Positions 5,572 to 15,860 of a stretch of DNA of 37,587 bases are shown here, piece by piece. The translations under genes were made by a program, and so were the position numbers. The stretch lies in the IMG/VR virus record IMGVR_UViG_3300048591_000798, positions 1 to 37,587 of that record; one strand, written 5' to 3'. Position 1 is the first letter of the stretch. Every line of letters begins with the position of its first letter. Origin of the DNA: a virus. Below the pieces are notes generated by a model, which was not told where the DNA came from, searched no databases, and saw nothing but the letters and a program-made list of their open reading frames with translations.

Positions 5572-8541
5572 TCAATTCCTTAGTGTTTTTTTGTATTGTT
5601 CGATTATAGCCATAAGATCTTCTTGTGTCATGTTTTCAGCCTCATAAGCTGCGTCATTCCAGAATTTTTTAAGTCTGTTCATTGTGTCACGATTGCCTTC
5701 AATCTGATATGGGTTTGATCTTAGGGCCTTCGCTGAAGAGGTATTGAGATCATATGACATTCTTGATTTTTGGCTGTCGAGAAGATCCCTTGTAATAGAC
5801 ATCATTTCCCTTGGCCCATGCATCTTATCGGTGATAACTTTTGGATCAATACCGTAAGATCTCATTTTGTTCATATAATGCCAATCGAGAGCTCTTTGCG
5901 CTGCAGGGTGAATCTTATTCATATTTTCAATTTGGGCATGAACATGCTCATGAGGAACGGCGTCAACACCCCGAGCCATTCCAAACCTTATCCCGCCCTC
6001 TGGGTTAGGAATAACAGCCCCATCGGAATGATGCATATAAGTCTCTCGATCTGGGTGCTGAGCTGTATAAGCTTCATCAAACTTCTTACCAGCTATCTTC
6101 TCAGAAGGGTGGAGTTCATCTCCCCAAAACCTCCTTTGGTCACCACCGACGTTCATGTCACGGTACTGTTTGAAAGTAAAACCTTTAATTCCAAAACCGT
6201 GGCCATCCATCTTGGGAAGCATCTTAATCTGGCTGCCCTCGGCTGAGAACTTGGGGAATAGCTTTTTGAAGCTAAAAGGCTTGATCGAAGCTGGCTGTGG
6301 CAAACCTTCCCCGTACTCGAAACCCTCTGGTGCTTTCTCTTGCGGGTCCAGGCCGACTTGGTCAGACCCGGTAAAACCGTCGATAATCGAACCTAGGTCG
6401 GCCCCGAGTCCTTTATATTGGGGGGTAGGAATTCTGTTTTTTTTTTCAGTATCGGTAGTCAAAGCTTGGTACTCTGGATCTCTTTTTGACAGCATGTAGT
6501 GAAGCATGGCTGGCTTGTTACCGCCCTCTTGCACTGCTTTGATAAACATGCCTTCATAGGGAGTTCCTGCGAGCTTATCGAAAGGGATCTCTTGACGCTT
6601 CGAATTAAGAGCCTCGGCACTTACCCCAAGACCCGCTGTTATTGATCTTCCGACACCTGGAGCTTTGAGTGGGGCCTTGATACCCGCACGGTAAAAGTTG
6701 CTGGCATTGTAGTCGAGAACGGCACCTGCTGCCGCACCAGCACCTATTCCGGCTGTTGTGGTATACCCTGAACTATCCCCAAGAACATAACCTGCAGCGC
6801 CGCCCAATAAACCACCAATGGACTTGCCAAGGTTAACCATTCTCGAGCCTTGAGCTTGGTCCATTGTTCCAAGATCCCTCAAAACCTTATTCTGTTCATA
6901 CTTGCGGTAAAAGTCCTCTGGCCCACCAGGGTGAGCATTCTCAGCATACCAGCGAAGCTTATCCTCTTGATTTACCGCCGGGTTTCCGGGTGATGAAACA
7001 AGGGAAGATCTCAAAGTGCTTTGAGCACTATCGGGGGTCATTCCCATTTTCTGTGACTTCAGAGTTTCAAACGTCGATTGCGCCTGATCATAAGCCGCTT
7101 GACTTGGGGCCTCTGGCCTAATTCCCATGGCGAGATCTCGCTTGAACTTATCCCTGTAGTCAAGAGTCTTTATAATGTCATCAATGGCAGGAACATTGAG
7201 GTTTATCATGTCCCTTTTTTTCATGGGATCTTTCAAAGAAGATTGGATCTTACCAAGTGGGTACTCGCCACCGAAAAGCTCCATTGCTTTTTTGAACCTA
7301 ATGGTTTCCTGCTGAATCTGCTTTCTTAGCGGATGATTGAGCGGTATTGAAACGTCTAAAACGTCGTTAAGATCATTAGCGATACTGTTGAGTCGGTACT
7401 GATAGGGCTGATTGTGAGAGCCAAAGCGATAATCGACCATCCCTTGATAAACTTGTCTGATTCTATCAAGCTCCCGAGCAGAAACAACTCTCGGAGGTGT
7501 TCCTATTTGAACATTAGAAAATTTAGCAGTTGATGGTTTAGCCAGTGATGTTATTTCTTTCCAAGCATTATTAATCGATTGTTTATCTCCAGTAGAGTAA
7601 ACACTGTTATAAGCTTTTAAATAAATTGGCTTTAGAAGGTTTATATCTATCTCGCCGCCCGAGTCTTCCAAGATCTTGTTACGAATACCTGCAGTCTTCT
7701 GATACTCGCCCTGTAGACCCTTGACCGCTTCCACTACCCTATCGCCGTCTAGTGTCCCGAGCTTGGTCTGATCTTCCATGTCCATGATAGCTTTTTTCTG
7801 CTCAGACTTTACGGAATTATCGAGTCTTTGAGCTTCTTCCCGAGCTTCCCTCAAAGCGGAGTCTTTTTTGCTGGAATATTCAGTAAGGTTGCCCTTCATT
7901 TCATCAATGAGAGCCTCTCTGGGCTTACCCTCTGTGGACGCCTCATACTCGTCATAGTAGTACGGGTTTTCTTCGTACTTTTTGAGAGAGGGCCTCTCGG
8001 CCTTGCGTGTTTTAATAAACCCCACGGCTTGAGCCGATCTTTTTGGAAGAGCAAGAGTTGCCCCTGCGACAACGGGAAGAGTGTTTAGACTGGTTTCAAG
8101 GTTAAATCCTAAACGCTCGGGGTGAGTTGTTGCCTGGTTGACGATAGGCTCAGTAGCCTGAACGACTGGTGGTTTATAAAGCGAGCTTGTCAGATCTGCC
8201 CCAACTTCGTAGGCATCCAGCAAAAGAGGATATTGACGCCGCAAATAGTCGTCGTACTGCTCTCTTTTTTGCTGCCTCTCGTCTGCTGTTTCCCCGGTGA
8301 ATAACCCAATAGCAGGGTCGATCACTTGGTGCTGAATAGTATCAGCGTAGGGAACAAACTTTCGAGCGGCCCTGACCGGAATGACCACGTTTTGCTCATA
8401 AAGCCTTCGGCCAAGTCCTGGCTGCTCATATTCTTCTGACTCTTTGGCCTGTTGGGGAGGAGCTGCGTCTTCCTCCCAGAACGAGCCGTCCGGCCTTTGC
8501 TGTGGCTCTGCATCTTCTTCCCAAAATGAACTGGCCATCAC
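5572..8541 (-). CDS. Large virion/ejection-type protein (989 aa) with HEHVH motif near the C-terminus
   Basis: Long ORF, start overlaps the upstream stop; last of four large post-tail genes (T7 gp14-16-like position); HExxH at 5938..5952. Confidence 0.6.
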   Translation of the reverse strand: MMASSFWEEDAEPQQRPDGSFWEEDAAPPQQAKESEEYEQPGLGRRLYEQNVVIPVRAARKFVPYADTIQHQVIDPAIGLFTGETADERQQKREQYDDYLRRQYPLLLDAYEVGADLTSSLYKPPVVQATEPIVNQATTHPERLGFNLETSLNTLPVVAGATLALPKRSAQAVGFIKTRKAERPSLKKYEENPYYYDEYEASTEGKPREALIDEMKGNLTEYSSKKDSALREAREEAQRLDNSVKSEQKKAIMDMEDQTKLGTLDGDRVVEAVKGLQGEYQKTAGIRNKILEDSGGEIDINLLKPIYLKAYNSVYSTGDKQSINNAWKEITSLAKPSTAKFSNVQIGTPPRVVSARELDRIRQVYQGMVDYRFGSHNQPYQYRLNSIANDLNDVLDVSIPLNHPLRKQIQQETIRFKKAMELFGGEYPLGKIQSSLKDPMKKRDMINLNVPAIDDIIKTLDYRDKFKRDLAMGIRPEAPSQAAYDQAQSTFETLKSQKMGMTPDSAQSTLRSSLVSSPGNPAVNQEDKLRWYAENAHPGGPEDFYRKYEQNKVLRDLGTMDQAQGSRMVNLGKSIGGLLGGAAGYVLGDSSGYTTTAGIGAGAAAGAVLDYNASNFYRAGIKAPLKAPGVGRSITAGLGVSAEALNSKRQEIPFDKLAGTPYEGMFIKAVQEGGNKPAMLHYMLSKRDPEYQALTTDTEKKNRIPTPQYKGLGADLGSIIDGFTGSDQVGLDPQEKAPEGFEYGEGLPQPASIKPFSFKKLFPKFSAEGSQIKMLPKMDGHGFGIKGFTFKQYRDMNVGGDQRRFWGDELHPSEKIAGKKFDEAYTAQHPDRETYMHHSDGAVIPNPEGGIRFGMARGVDAVPHEHVHAQIENMNKIHPAAQRALDWHYMNKMRSYGIDPKVITDKMHGPREMMSITRDLLDSQKSRMSYDLNTSSAKALRSNPYQIEGNRDTMNRLKKFWNDAAYEAENMTQEDLMAIIEQYKKTLRN

Positions 8542-10127
8542 TGCACCACCTTTCCACCTTTTTTGACATACTTATCAACACTAGACTTTGGAACGAAGCG
8601 CATGCTCCCATCTGGTGCCTGAATCTTAACCATAGCCTCTTTGTTTTGTGTTGACTTTAGTACCATAGGTTGATCGGGAACCTTGTAGTCATCTGGCTCG
8701 ATAACTCTCATTGGTTTTTGACCGCTCGACTTGAAACCGCCGAGTGTCTGACTCTGCTCAAAGTATTTTGACTTTTCGTCCTTCGATGCGGCCTTGGCAT
8801 CAAGATCGTCAATGGTTCTCAGAATCTTTTCAATGTTGGAGTCAACAGATAGCTTAGGATCATATGCCTTTTCGAGTATTGCTTTTCTCTCGCCTTCTGT
8901 TGGGTTTCCACCGAAAGTAGCCTTGAGACCACCCAGAGCCGCTTGCTGAACATCCTGCTCAATTTTTAAGCTGTCTTCTGATCTCAGAGCTCCTTCACCG
9001 ATCTTGCCCTTGAAGTAAACACCACGCCCTGAAATATCATCCGCCACGCCTTGATCTTTCGCCTTCTTAAGACGACTGACAGCATTCTCAAGAATTTTAC
9101 GGTTTTTGAGGTACTCTGACTTATCGTTCGAAGTCCAATCGTTGTACTCTTTGACATAATCCCTATCAAGTGCGTCAACCGCTTTGCTTTTTGGGATAAC
9201 CCTTTCTGTGATAGATCCATCAGGGTTTTCAATCCGCTCGATTGTTCCGCTTCCTTGCTGCTTGGCTGCTAGAACGTCACTGCGATAATCCTGATCTGCC
9301 CCAAGCTTTTCCCTCTGAAAGTCGAGCTCGTCCCTTCTAAGGTCAAGAGTGTCATCACGATATTCTTTTTCTGCCTTAACCTTCTCAGCATCCTGCAGAT
9401 ATTTTGCAAAGGCGTCGATCTCAGAAGCGGGAACACCTTGAACCTGCTCAGCATACTCAGGGTAACGCTGCGCAAACCAAGTTTGATACCTTTGGGACAC
9501 CTCGCTTTGCGGGTTATCCATTGCTGCTTTTTTGTCCATCTCCCTCATTTGCGAGAGCTCGGCGACGCCTTCCTGGCCAAGTTTCTTCTGGGTCAAGTAA
9601 TCTTCGATCTTGGCTTTGCGCTCGGCCTCTGCATTTTGCAAACCCTGCTGTCCCTGCTGCCTAAAATTTTGCCAGTAGCCTGAATTAGCGCCCGGTCCCT
9701 TGTGTGCCACCGAATGAGCCGTAAAAGCTGTCGATAGAGCTTCGCCAACATTGCCAATCGTGTTTTGTCTGTTGGCCGCTTGCCTGGCTGCATCAACTCC
9801 AGAACTATCAGCCGCCTTGCTATATTTTTGTGCAAGATACTGCCTGATTATATTACGCTGGGTGCGCTCGGGGTCCAGAGTGTTGCCCATTTTCCAATCG
9901 ACCGGGGAAACGTCCTGTGGACGTGCTCCAGGATCGCTTTTCATACCCCCGGTAGGGGCAAGGGAAGGGGCAATGTAAGTCTGGCCTTCAGGAAGGTTAT
10001 ACTGCCCTTCGTATGGATCTTGGTAATACTGACCGGAGGGATCTTGCGAATACTCCTCGTTCACATATGTCAAAGTATCGCTACCCTCTGGATCTTTCAA
10101 ATACTGCTTACTTCGCTGAAAAGCCAT
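8538..10127 (-). CDS. Internal virion/ejection-type protein (529 aa), charged coiled-coil-rich
   Basis: Long ORF, TAATG overlap with the upstream gene; composition and position. Confidence 0.55.
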   Translation of the reverse strand: MAFQRSKQYLKDPEGSDTLTYVNEEYSQDPSGQYYQDPYEGQYNLPEGQTYIAPSLAPTGGMKSDPGARPQDVSPVDWKMGNTLDPERTQRNIIRQYLAQKYSKAADSSGVDAARQAANRQNTIGNVGEALSTAFTAHSVAHKGPGANSGYWQNFRQQGQQGLQNAEAERKAKIEDYLTQKKLGQEGVAELSQMREMDKKAAMDNPQSEVSQRYQTWFAQRYPEYAEQVQGVPASEIDAFAKYLQDAEKVKAEKEYRDDTLDLRRDELDFQREKLGADQDYRSDVLAAKQQGSGTIERIENPDGSITERVIPKSKAVDALDRDYVKEYNDWTSNDKSEYLKNRKILENAVSRLKKAKDQGVADDISGRGVYFKGKIGEGALRSEDSLKIEQDVQQAALGGLKATFGGNPTEGERKAILEKAYDPKLSVDSNIEKILRTIDDLDAKAASKDEKSKYFEQSQTLGGFKSSGQKPMRVIEPDDYKVPDQPMVLKSTQNKEAMVKIQAPDGSMRFVPKSSVDKYVKKGGKVVQ

Positions 10128-11395
10128 TATCGACCCCTCCGTTTCATGTTTTGAAGTGCCCTCATCTGGGGCGAATTTTCGTGAACATAGCTGCCTATTT
10201 CTTGAGCAGGGGCCTGAGTCATAGAACGGGGAACAACTACTTCACCAGGAGAAAGAGTTGCCGGGATATAGTCGTTCAAAGGAGAGTCGCCCTCGACAAC
10301 AGGTTCACCGGGTACGCCGCCACCGTAGGCATACTTGAACTGATCTTCCCAAGTCTGATCATTTCCGAGCTGTGGGCTACTAGTGTTTTGATAAAGAGGT
10401 TTGGACTTGGGAGCTGATCCAGCCCCGATAGCTCCACCTGCTGCCCCGGCTGCTGCTGCCCCGGCTGGGCCTCCCATCGCTGCAGCTCCGAGCATAGCTG
10501 CTGAGTTCCAAAGCTGACCCTGGGCGATCCTTCCCTGAGAAACTTGGTCATTGTAGAAATTCGCCTTAGCCTGTGAGTTCCCGGCCATGCCTTGCGCTTT
10601 GCCAAGCTTCGCATTATAGGCTGCTTGAGGCTGCTGGAATTTGTTCATCTGCTCTTGAGCCTGTTGAGCCGATGCCCTCTGGTTGTAGACGCCCTGAGTT
10701 TTGTTCATATTTGACAGGGCTGCTTGCTGCTGCTGCTGAGCATTGAACTGAGCCCCTCGATTGGCAAGCTCGGTGTTGAACCTTGCCGCCTGATCCCGAG
10801 CTGCCGCAACTTGAGCCTGTCGGTTAAAGTCGTCCCGCTGCATACCACCTGCAAGATCTGCGGCCATACCGGACGCTTTGAGAGACCGATCTTGAGCCAT
10901 TCCTGCTATGTCCATGTTTCGCTGAGATAACCTATTGGTCCCTGCTTGGTTGGAATTGAGAAGAGCCATGAGAGCCATCCCGCTACCAGAATTGCCTTTC
11001 ATTTGCGCTTGGGTCATGATCGCTTCGCGCTGTGCCTTTTCCTTCGCCGCTTCATCCGACTGGAGACGAGCAAGGTTTGCCTCATCCATAGCAGTCATCC
11101 CGCCCCGCTGCCGGAGGTTCTCGAGAGCTGCAAGCTGAGCTGTCTGAGCCGACCGCGCTGTTGGGTCGGTTGAGATCTGTTCATAAGCTGATGGACCCGA
11201 CCGTTCAATAGCAACGGGATCAACACGAACGTCCGAAGAAAGTTCGGGGCCTTCATAACTCACAGGAGAAAACTCAACAGGGTTTAATTCCCGGTAAGCT
11301 GCATCGGCCTCTCCCATTGCTTCCAAAGCTTTGCGCTTGTCTCTGCTCGGATTGTAAAACAGACCGCTAAGCGGTGTTGAATCTAAAAGTCCCAT
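10127..11395 (-). CDS. Internal virion/ejection-type protein (422 aa), Gln/Ala/Gly low-complexity
   Basis: Long ORF, RBS AGGGGG; QQQQQ and AAAAGAAGGAIGAG tracts. Confidence 0.55.
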   Translation of the reverse strand: MGLLDSTPLSGLFYNPSRDKRKALEAMGEADAAYRELNPVEFSPVSYEGPELSSDVRVDPVAIERSGPSAYEQISTDPTARSAQTAQLAALENLRQRGGMTAMDEANLARLQSDEAAKEKAQREAIMTQAQMKGNSGSGMALMALLNSNQAGTNRLSQRNMDIAGMAQDRSLKASGMAADLAGGMQRDDFNRQAQVAAARDQAARFNTELANRGAQFNAQQQQQAALSNMNKTQGVYNQRASAQQAQEQMNKFQQPQAAYNAKLGKAQGMAGNSQAKANFYNDQVSQGRIAQGQLWNSAAMLGAAAMGGPAGAAAAGAAGGAIGAGSAPKSKPLYQNTSSPQLGNDQTWEDQFKYAYGGGVPGEPVVEGDSPLNDYIPATLSPGEVVVPRSMTQAPAQEIGSYVHENSPQMRALQNMKRRGR

Positions 11396-11406
11396 TGTTT
11401 CCCCCT

Positions 11407-12552
11407 TTATATGATCCCGCCGCCTTCTTCTGTAGCTTCACGGTATTGTTTTGCCTGTGGTCCTTCGCCCGTTTTGATGTAATGATCAAAGTCCGACTCT
11501 GTCCAGAGATAGCCGTCGCCTGTCCCTTTTCTTCTCCACTGAGAAACCTGTGCTTTTCTCTGCTCGATCTCAGAGTTTGCTTTTGCCCTGTCGATATCAT
11601 CAAGATACTTTTTGCCCCAAGCTTGGTTCTCAGCTCCTTGACGCTGCCGCTCTGCTGCCTCGGCATCCTCTTTTACTTTCTTGTCGTAAGCCTCTTTATC
11701 GGCCTTCTTCTTGGCATCGATAAGTCCGCTGTAAATGCTATTTGTTGTTTTGGCGTTGTTTGTTGCTGCAGTTTGTGCCGCCGACCACTGATCAGAGACG
11801 CTCTTTGCTTGGTTTTTTGCCGCCTCGATTTGTGAGCCGACTTTTTGCTCAGTTCCCTGTAGATAGTTGCCGATTCCCTGCCACTTCTTACTCGCATCTT
11901 CAACAATCTTACCGCCACCGCCGCCGTACTTTGTAATTGCTGTGTCTAAACGACCTACACCGGGGGCCCCTGAACCATACCCATACTTTTGACCCAAAGC
12001 TGTCTGTAGTCCTTCGGTTGTTCCAAGGGTTTTCGCCGAATCGCGAACTTTATCCGCTGAACCTTGAGCCTTTTGATAAGCACCGCTTTTGTCATCTGCG
12101 AAACTTGTCGGGCCTGTGTATGAGGAAGATGGAGATGTCGCACCAAAGGAAACCGTCGGAGCTTCCCCCTTGGTACTTGCATCCTTCTTCGCCGCTTCTG
12201 TAGGGGAAGTGTCGATCATCCATTGGTTGGCCACCGATTGGTTAAATTGTGGCGTTCCCTGCAGAATGTTTTGCCCAGCAATTTGCCCATAAAGATCGGC
12301 GTCCTTTTGGGCATCCATTCCCTGCTTTTCAATATCGCCGATAACATTCGCCCCCATCTCTGCTGAGCTGTTGGGAGACGTGAGATAGTTTACAATGTTA
12401 GTAAAACCGCCCGACTGCTGCTTTTGGGGCGCATTCGGTAGAGCTCCTGTGCTCGACCCACCTGTCATCCCTCCCGAGATATATCCTGTTCCCCCTGATA
12501 CCGGGGTTTCCTTATTCTTGTACTGCTCTTCGTCGTCATTAATGATTGCCAT
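11407..12552 (-). CDS. Virion protein (381 aa), Gly/Ser/Thr-rich N-terminal half
   Basis: ATG at 12552 lies 2 nt after the upstream stop, with GGGG as RBS; the track start at 12570 overlaps the upstream gene. Confidence 0.55.
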   Translation of the reverse strand: MAIINDDEEQYKNKETPVSGGTGYISGGMTGGSSTGALPNAPQKQQSGGFTNIVNYLTSPNSSAEMGANVIGDIEKQGMDAQKDADLYGQIAGQNILQGTPQFNQSVANQWMIDTSPTEAAKKDASTKGEAPTVSFGATSPSSSYTGPTSFADDKSGAYQKAQGSADKVRDSAKTLGTTEGLQTALGQKYGYGSGAPGVGRLDTAITKYGGGGGKIVEDASKKWQGIGNYLQGTEQKVGSQIEAAKNQAKSVSDQWSAAQTAATNNAKTTNSIYSGLIDAKKKADKEAYDKKVKEDAEAAERQRQGAENQAWGKKYLDDIDRAKANSEIEQRKAQVSQWRRKGTGDGYLWTESDFDHYIKTGEGPQAKQYREATEEGGGII

Positions 12553-12554
12553 CG

Positions 12555-12971
12555 TTACCCCGCAAAGCAAACTAAGGTTAATGTGTATTTTACTGTCGAG
12601 CTTGGAGTTATGCCTACAACATTGATAAGCCTAAAGCCATTGTTGGCGTCATAGGTCCACTGAACTGCCACCGCTGCCGTCAAAGTAAAGCCGATGTTGT
12701 CCACTCTCACCACATTACCGACATGAACCGATTGTGGACGCTGGTTAAGACTCCATTTTAAAGGGTAAGGGTTTGTCGCTGTAGGGACGCTGCTCAAAGT
12801 CACTGTAACTATGTCGGCAAGCATGTTGTCTTTAATCGTGATCGACTTGTTGAAAACCGATGCCACCCCTTCCATAAAATTGTTGAGAGGCTGGAATAGT
12901 TTTGAGATCCATTCCTTCTGAGACAAAAAGTCTTCAACCAGGAGCCTTCTGATCTGTGGAAGCTGAGCCAT
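12555..12971 (-). CDS. Tail-associated structural protein (138 aa)
   Basis: ORF tightly packed after the 962-aa tail gene. Confidence 0.5.
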   Translation of the reverse strand: MAQLPQIRRLLVEDFLSQKEWISKLFQPLNNFMEGVASVFNKSITIKDNMLADIVTVTLSSVPTATNPYPLKWSLNQRPQSVHVGNVVRVDNIGFTLTAAVAVQWTYDANNGFRLINVVGITPSSTVKYTLTLVCFAG

Positions 12972-15859
12972 TACACACCACCCCCGCCTTCATGCCAAAC
13001 CTTCTCGCTAATGTTGTTTCCTATGAGTGAGATCCCTTGGATTGCCCATGGGCTGAAACACACAGCATGTTCAAACCCGACAATGTGAAAGCTGGCCCTT
13101 TGCGAGACCCTAGGAACCATGACCCTTAAGGGCCGTCTTCGTGGACATTTGCCGCCCCAAGGAGCCACACCCCAAGGAAAGCGCCCCCAAGGAGCCGCAA
13201 TGCTTCCCATCACGGTTTCGTCTTGAACTGAGGGGGTGAGATCGGTTCGAAAGCTTACTGTGCCTTGACCGTAGAAATCGGATAGAAACAAAATTGTTGC
13301 TTCCCTGACATGCTTGTTGATGCCTGGGTTTCCAAAAGTGCTTGGAGACCAAACCATCTTTGTTTCAATGGGAGCCACAACATCGGCTGTTGAAAGAATG
13401 AACTGCGCGGGGTACTTCGTTGTAACAGTCGTAGCGCCAACAGCTTCAATTTCTCCCCAAATATCCGATTCAGATGGATCAAATGTTGCGACCTTGCCCT
13501 CATCACCGTTGTCTGTGAATGATACAGATGTACCCGCTAAAGCCGCCGCATAAGTCGGGGCTAACTTGAAGCCGTTAGCACTCGTCTTGATTATGAAGTA
13601 GTTCCCAGCTGAAAGTCCAGTCGGTAGTGCACCCGAGTTGATCGAAAGAGCCACCTTCAAACCAGTCAAAAAGCCATGGCTGTTGATTGTGATGACTCCG
13701 GTCGAAAAGTCAAATATCCCGCCCGTTCCCGTCGTCCCCGATTTAGTCGCGAAGCTTGGGATCTGGTAGAGCACCTGCCCAATCTCTAAGCTGCTTGCGT
13801 TCGAAACGGTCACGACCCTACCCGATACACCTGATATTGTCTCGGTGCGCATATAATCTGCATAATCGACGTTTGATGCAGTCTTGTTTTCGACATAGAG
13901 AAAGTCTTTGGTCACAAGTCCCAGATAGAGCTTGTCATCAACCGGGTTGACCCCCCCGCACTTCTTGCCCAAAGTTCCGCGTGTCCAGTTGTTGGTGATC
14001 GTATTGTAACGGTAATACTGTGTTGGGTAGGTATCCGTGTCTTTTTCAGGAACCCAGAGGTAATAGCTGCGCTGCGACTCATACGATACCCCGAATGACT
14101 CATTTCTGAGCACTGTTGGGTTGATCTGAAGGAGCTCCAGAAGATCGCCTTCAATGGGCCTCGACATGATAGTCACGCCCGTCTCTGAGATCGAGACCAC
14201 GCCTTGAGTCGTAAGGGCGAAAATTTGGTTATTGAGAACGACCGCTGTCTCGGGAGCGATAACATTCGCCGTCGAGTCGAGCTCTGAAATCTGGAAATTT
14301 GACGGGTCTGTTCCATACAAACGCGAAACCCCCCCGTCATCTTTCAAAATGAACAGTGAGTCCCTCAGTGGAATGATGCGCAAAATTCCGCTGTCTTTAC
14401 TGCCAGCATAGAGCCGATAGGGAAGAGGTACATGTTCGGGTTCAAGAGGTTTACTAAATGCAATCCCGTTCGGGGCCACCTCGTTTGTCGAGCTCTGGCT
14501 TGTGCCACTCGCTGGAAGCTGTGGAAGCCAAGTATTGGTGAGATCACTCGTCAAAGAAAATGCGCTGCCACCTGCGTAGTAGTTTCTGATCAGAATTCTA
14601 CCCGGCAAATCATCGGGTCCAGAAAGATACACTGCGTAGAATGTGGTGTACTGTCTGTTTATGATCGAAACGAGTCTTTTAGCTGTCTGCTGAACATTGA
14701 TCGCATCCGATCCCGATGAGATGACATCAAAGTACGGCTGACCGTACCAGGCATCGCCGGGAGCTGGGGTTGACCTACAGGCCCAGAACTTGATCCCACC
14801 AATTGTAATTGAGCTCGGCTGAGAAGCTGGAGGTATGCTCGCAAACTCCTTGACAGTCTTAAGCGTCAAAATAAAGCTGTGGTTATCCTGAGTATTTGCA
14901 TAAAACATGCAATCCTTGAACCAAGCCATATCCAGAGCTCTGGGAGGTGCATAGTTTGAAAGATCAATTCCCTGCTGTGAAGCGTTGGTATAAAGATATT
15001 CACCGTCGTTGTACTCGTCAGGTGTGAAGTCACTAAAGTTCACAATCCCTGACAAAAGCTCGGCTGCAGTGGGGGCTCTTTCCCCTACAAGCTTAAGCTC
15101 GTCATTAGGAACGGCAGACGAAGCCACGGCGTCACTACGATAGACGCGAAAGAAAAAGGGATCACCGTTCGCTATGGTTGAAGGAATGTAATGGCTTACA
15201 ATAACACAATATGTAAAACCGCTTGTATTTGAAATATAAACAAATTCAGAAGGTGGACCAATGTATAGATTGTCATTCTTGTCGCGATAGCACCACACTA
15301 CCCGGTAGGCTACCGCTTTTGCATCAACAAGCCAGTTGTATGTTGCGTTACTCGTGAAAGCCAAAAATGGGCTGATAGCTTGCGGAACCCCGGCAAGCAT
15401 CGGAGCTGCCGCCCGATCATCAAGGCGATGGGGGCCTAGTGTGTGAGTCAAATAAAGGTTTTGTTTAGCTGCTGCAGATCTCACCTTTACGTTGGTCTCT
15501 GGCTGAATAAACTCATAGGCATTGACGCTGCCCGTAAAAGCAGGGTTGTACGCCCAGCCTATCGTTGGGTCGAAGTAGGCAAGCTTGGGGTTTCCATTAC
15601 CGTCCTTGAGATGGGCGATAATCGTATCATCGTAGAAAAAGATCTTCTGCGCCCGGTTTGTCGTAGTTGGGGTAGCCGTTGGGAAACTTGCAAGTCCTGT
15701 GCTTTTTGCGTGATAAGTAAAGCCCCTTCTTGGCTCTGCTACCGAGTCTCTATCGATCACAATGTTGTCGGCAACAGAAAGAGAACCTTCCGGTACTGCT
15801 GAGAAGTCATTAGGGAACGTGTAAAGCCCCCGAAGCTTAGGAATCAGGTTTTGACCCAT
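12971..15859 (-). CDS. Large tail protein (962 aa), nozzle/tail-tubular-B-like by size and position
   Basis: ATG at 15859 with GGAGGA upstream, 1 nt after the upstream stop; follows a 302-aa gene as in gp11/gp12-type pairs. Confidence 0.5.
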   Translation of the reverse strand: MGQNLIPKLRGLYTFPNDFSAVPEGSLSVADNIVIDRDSVAEPRRGFTYHAKSTGLASFPTATPTTTNRAQKIFFYDDTIIAHLKDGNGNPKLAYFDPTIGWAYNPAFTGSVNAYEFIQPETNVKVRSAAAKQNLYLTHTLGPHRLDDRAAAPMLAGVPQAISPFLAFTSNATYNWLVDAKAVAYRVVWCYRDKNDNLYIGPPSEFVYISNTSGFTYCVIVSHYIPSTIANGDPFFFRVYRSDAVASSAVPNDELKLVGERAPTAAELLSGIVNFSDFTPDEYNDGEYLYTNASQQGIDLSNYAPPRALDMAWFKDCMFYANTQDNHSFILTLKTVKEFASIPPASQPSSITIGGIKFWACRSTPAPGDAWYGQPYFDVISSGSDAINVQQTAKRLVSIINRQYTTFYAVYLSGPDDLPGRILIRNYYAGGSAFSLTSDLTNTWLPQLPASGTSQSSTNEVAPNGIAFSKPLEPEHVPLPYRLYAGSKDSGILRIIPLRDSLFILKDDGGVSRLYGTDPSNFQISELDSTANVIAPETAVVLNNQIFALTTQGVVSISETGVTIMSRPIEGDLLELLQINPTVLRNESFGVSYESQRSYYLWVPEKDTDTYPTQYYRYNTITNNWTRGTLGKKCGGVNPVDDKLYLGLVTKDFLYVENKTASNVDYADYMRTETISGVSGRVVTVSNASSLEIGQVLYQIPSFATKSGTTGTGGIFDFSTGVITINSHGFLTGLKVALSINSGALPTGLSAGNYFIIKTSANGFKLAPTYAAALAGTSVSFTDNGDEGKVATFDPSESDIWGEIEAVGATTVTTKYPAQFILSTADVVAPIETKMVWSPSTFGNPGINKHVREATILFLSDFYGQGTVSFRTDLTPSVQDETVMGSIAAPWGRFPWGVAPWGGKCPRRRPLRVMVPRVSQRASFHIVGFEHAVCFSPWAIQGISLIGNNISEKVWHEGGGGV

Positions 15860-15860
15860 A

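Noticed and set aside
9404-10417. Several 80-134-aa + strand ORFs
   Set aside because: They are embedded antisense in long, tightly coupled structural genes and show no start signals.
13507-13699. Diversity-generating retroelement (template/variable repeat) involving the duplicated tail module
   Set aside because: The copies share only about 40 percent of amino acids and have no near-identical DNA. No reverse transcriptase gene is present.
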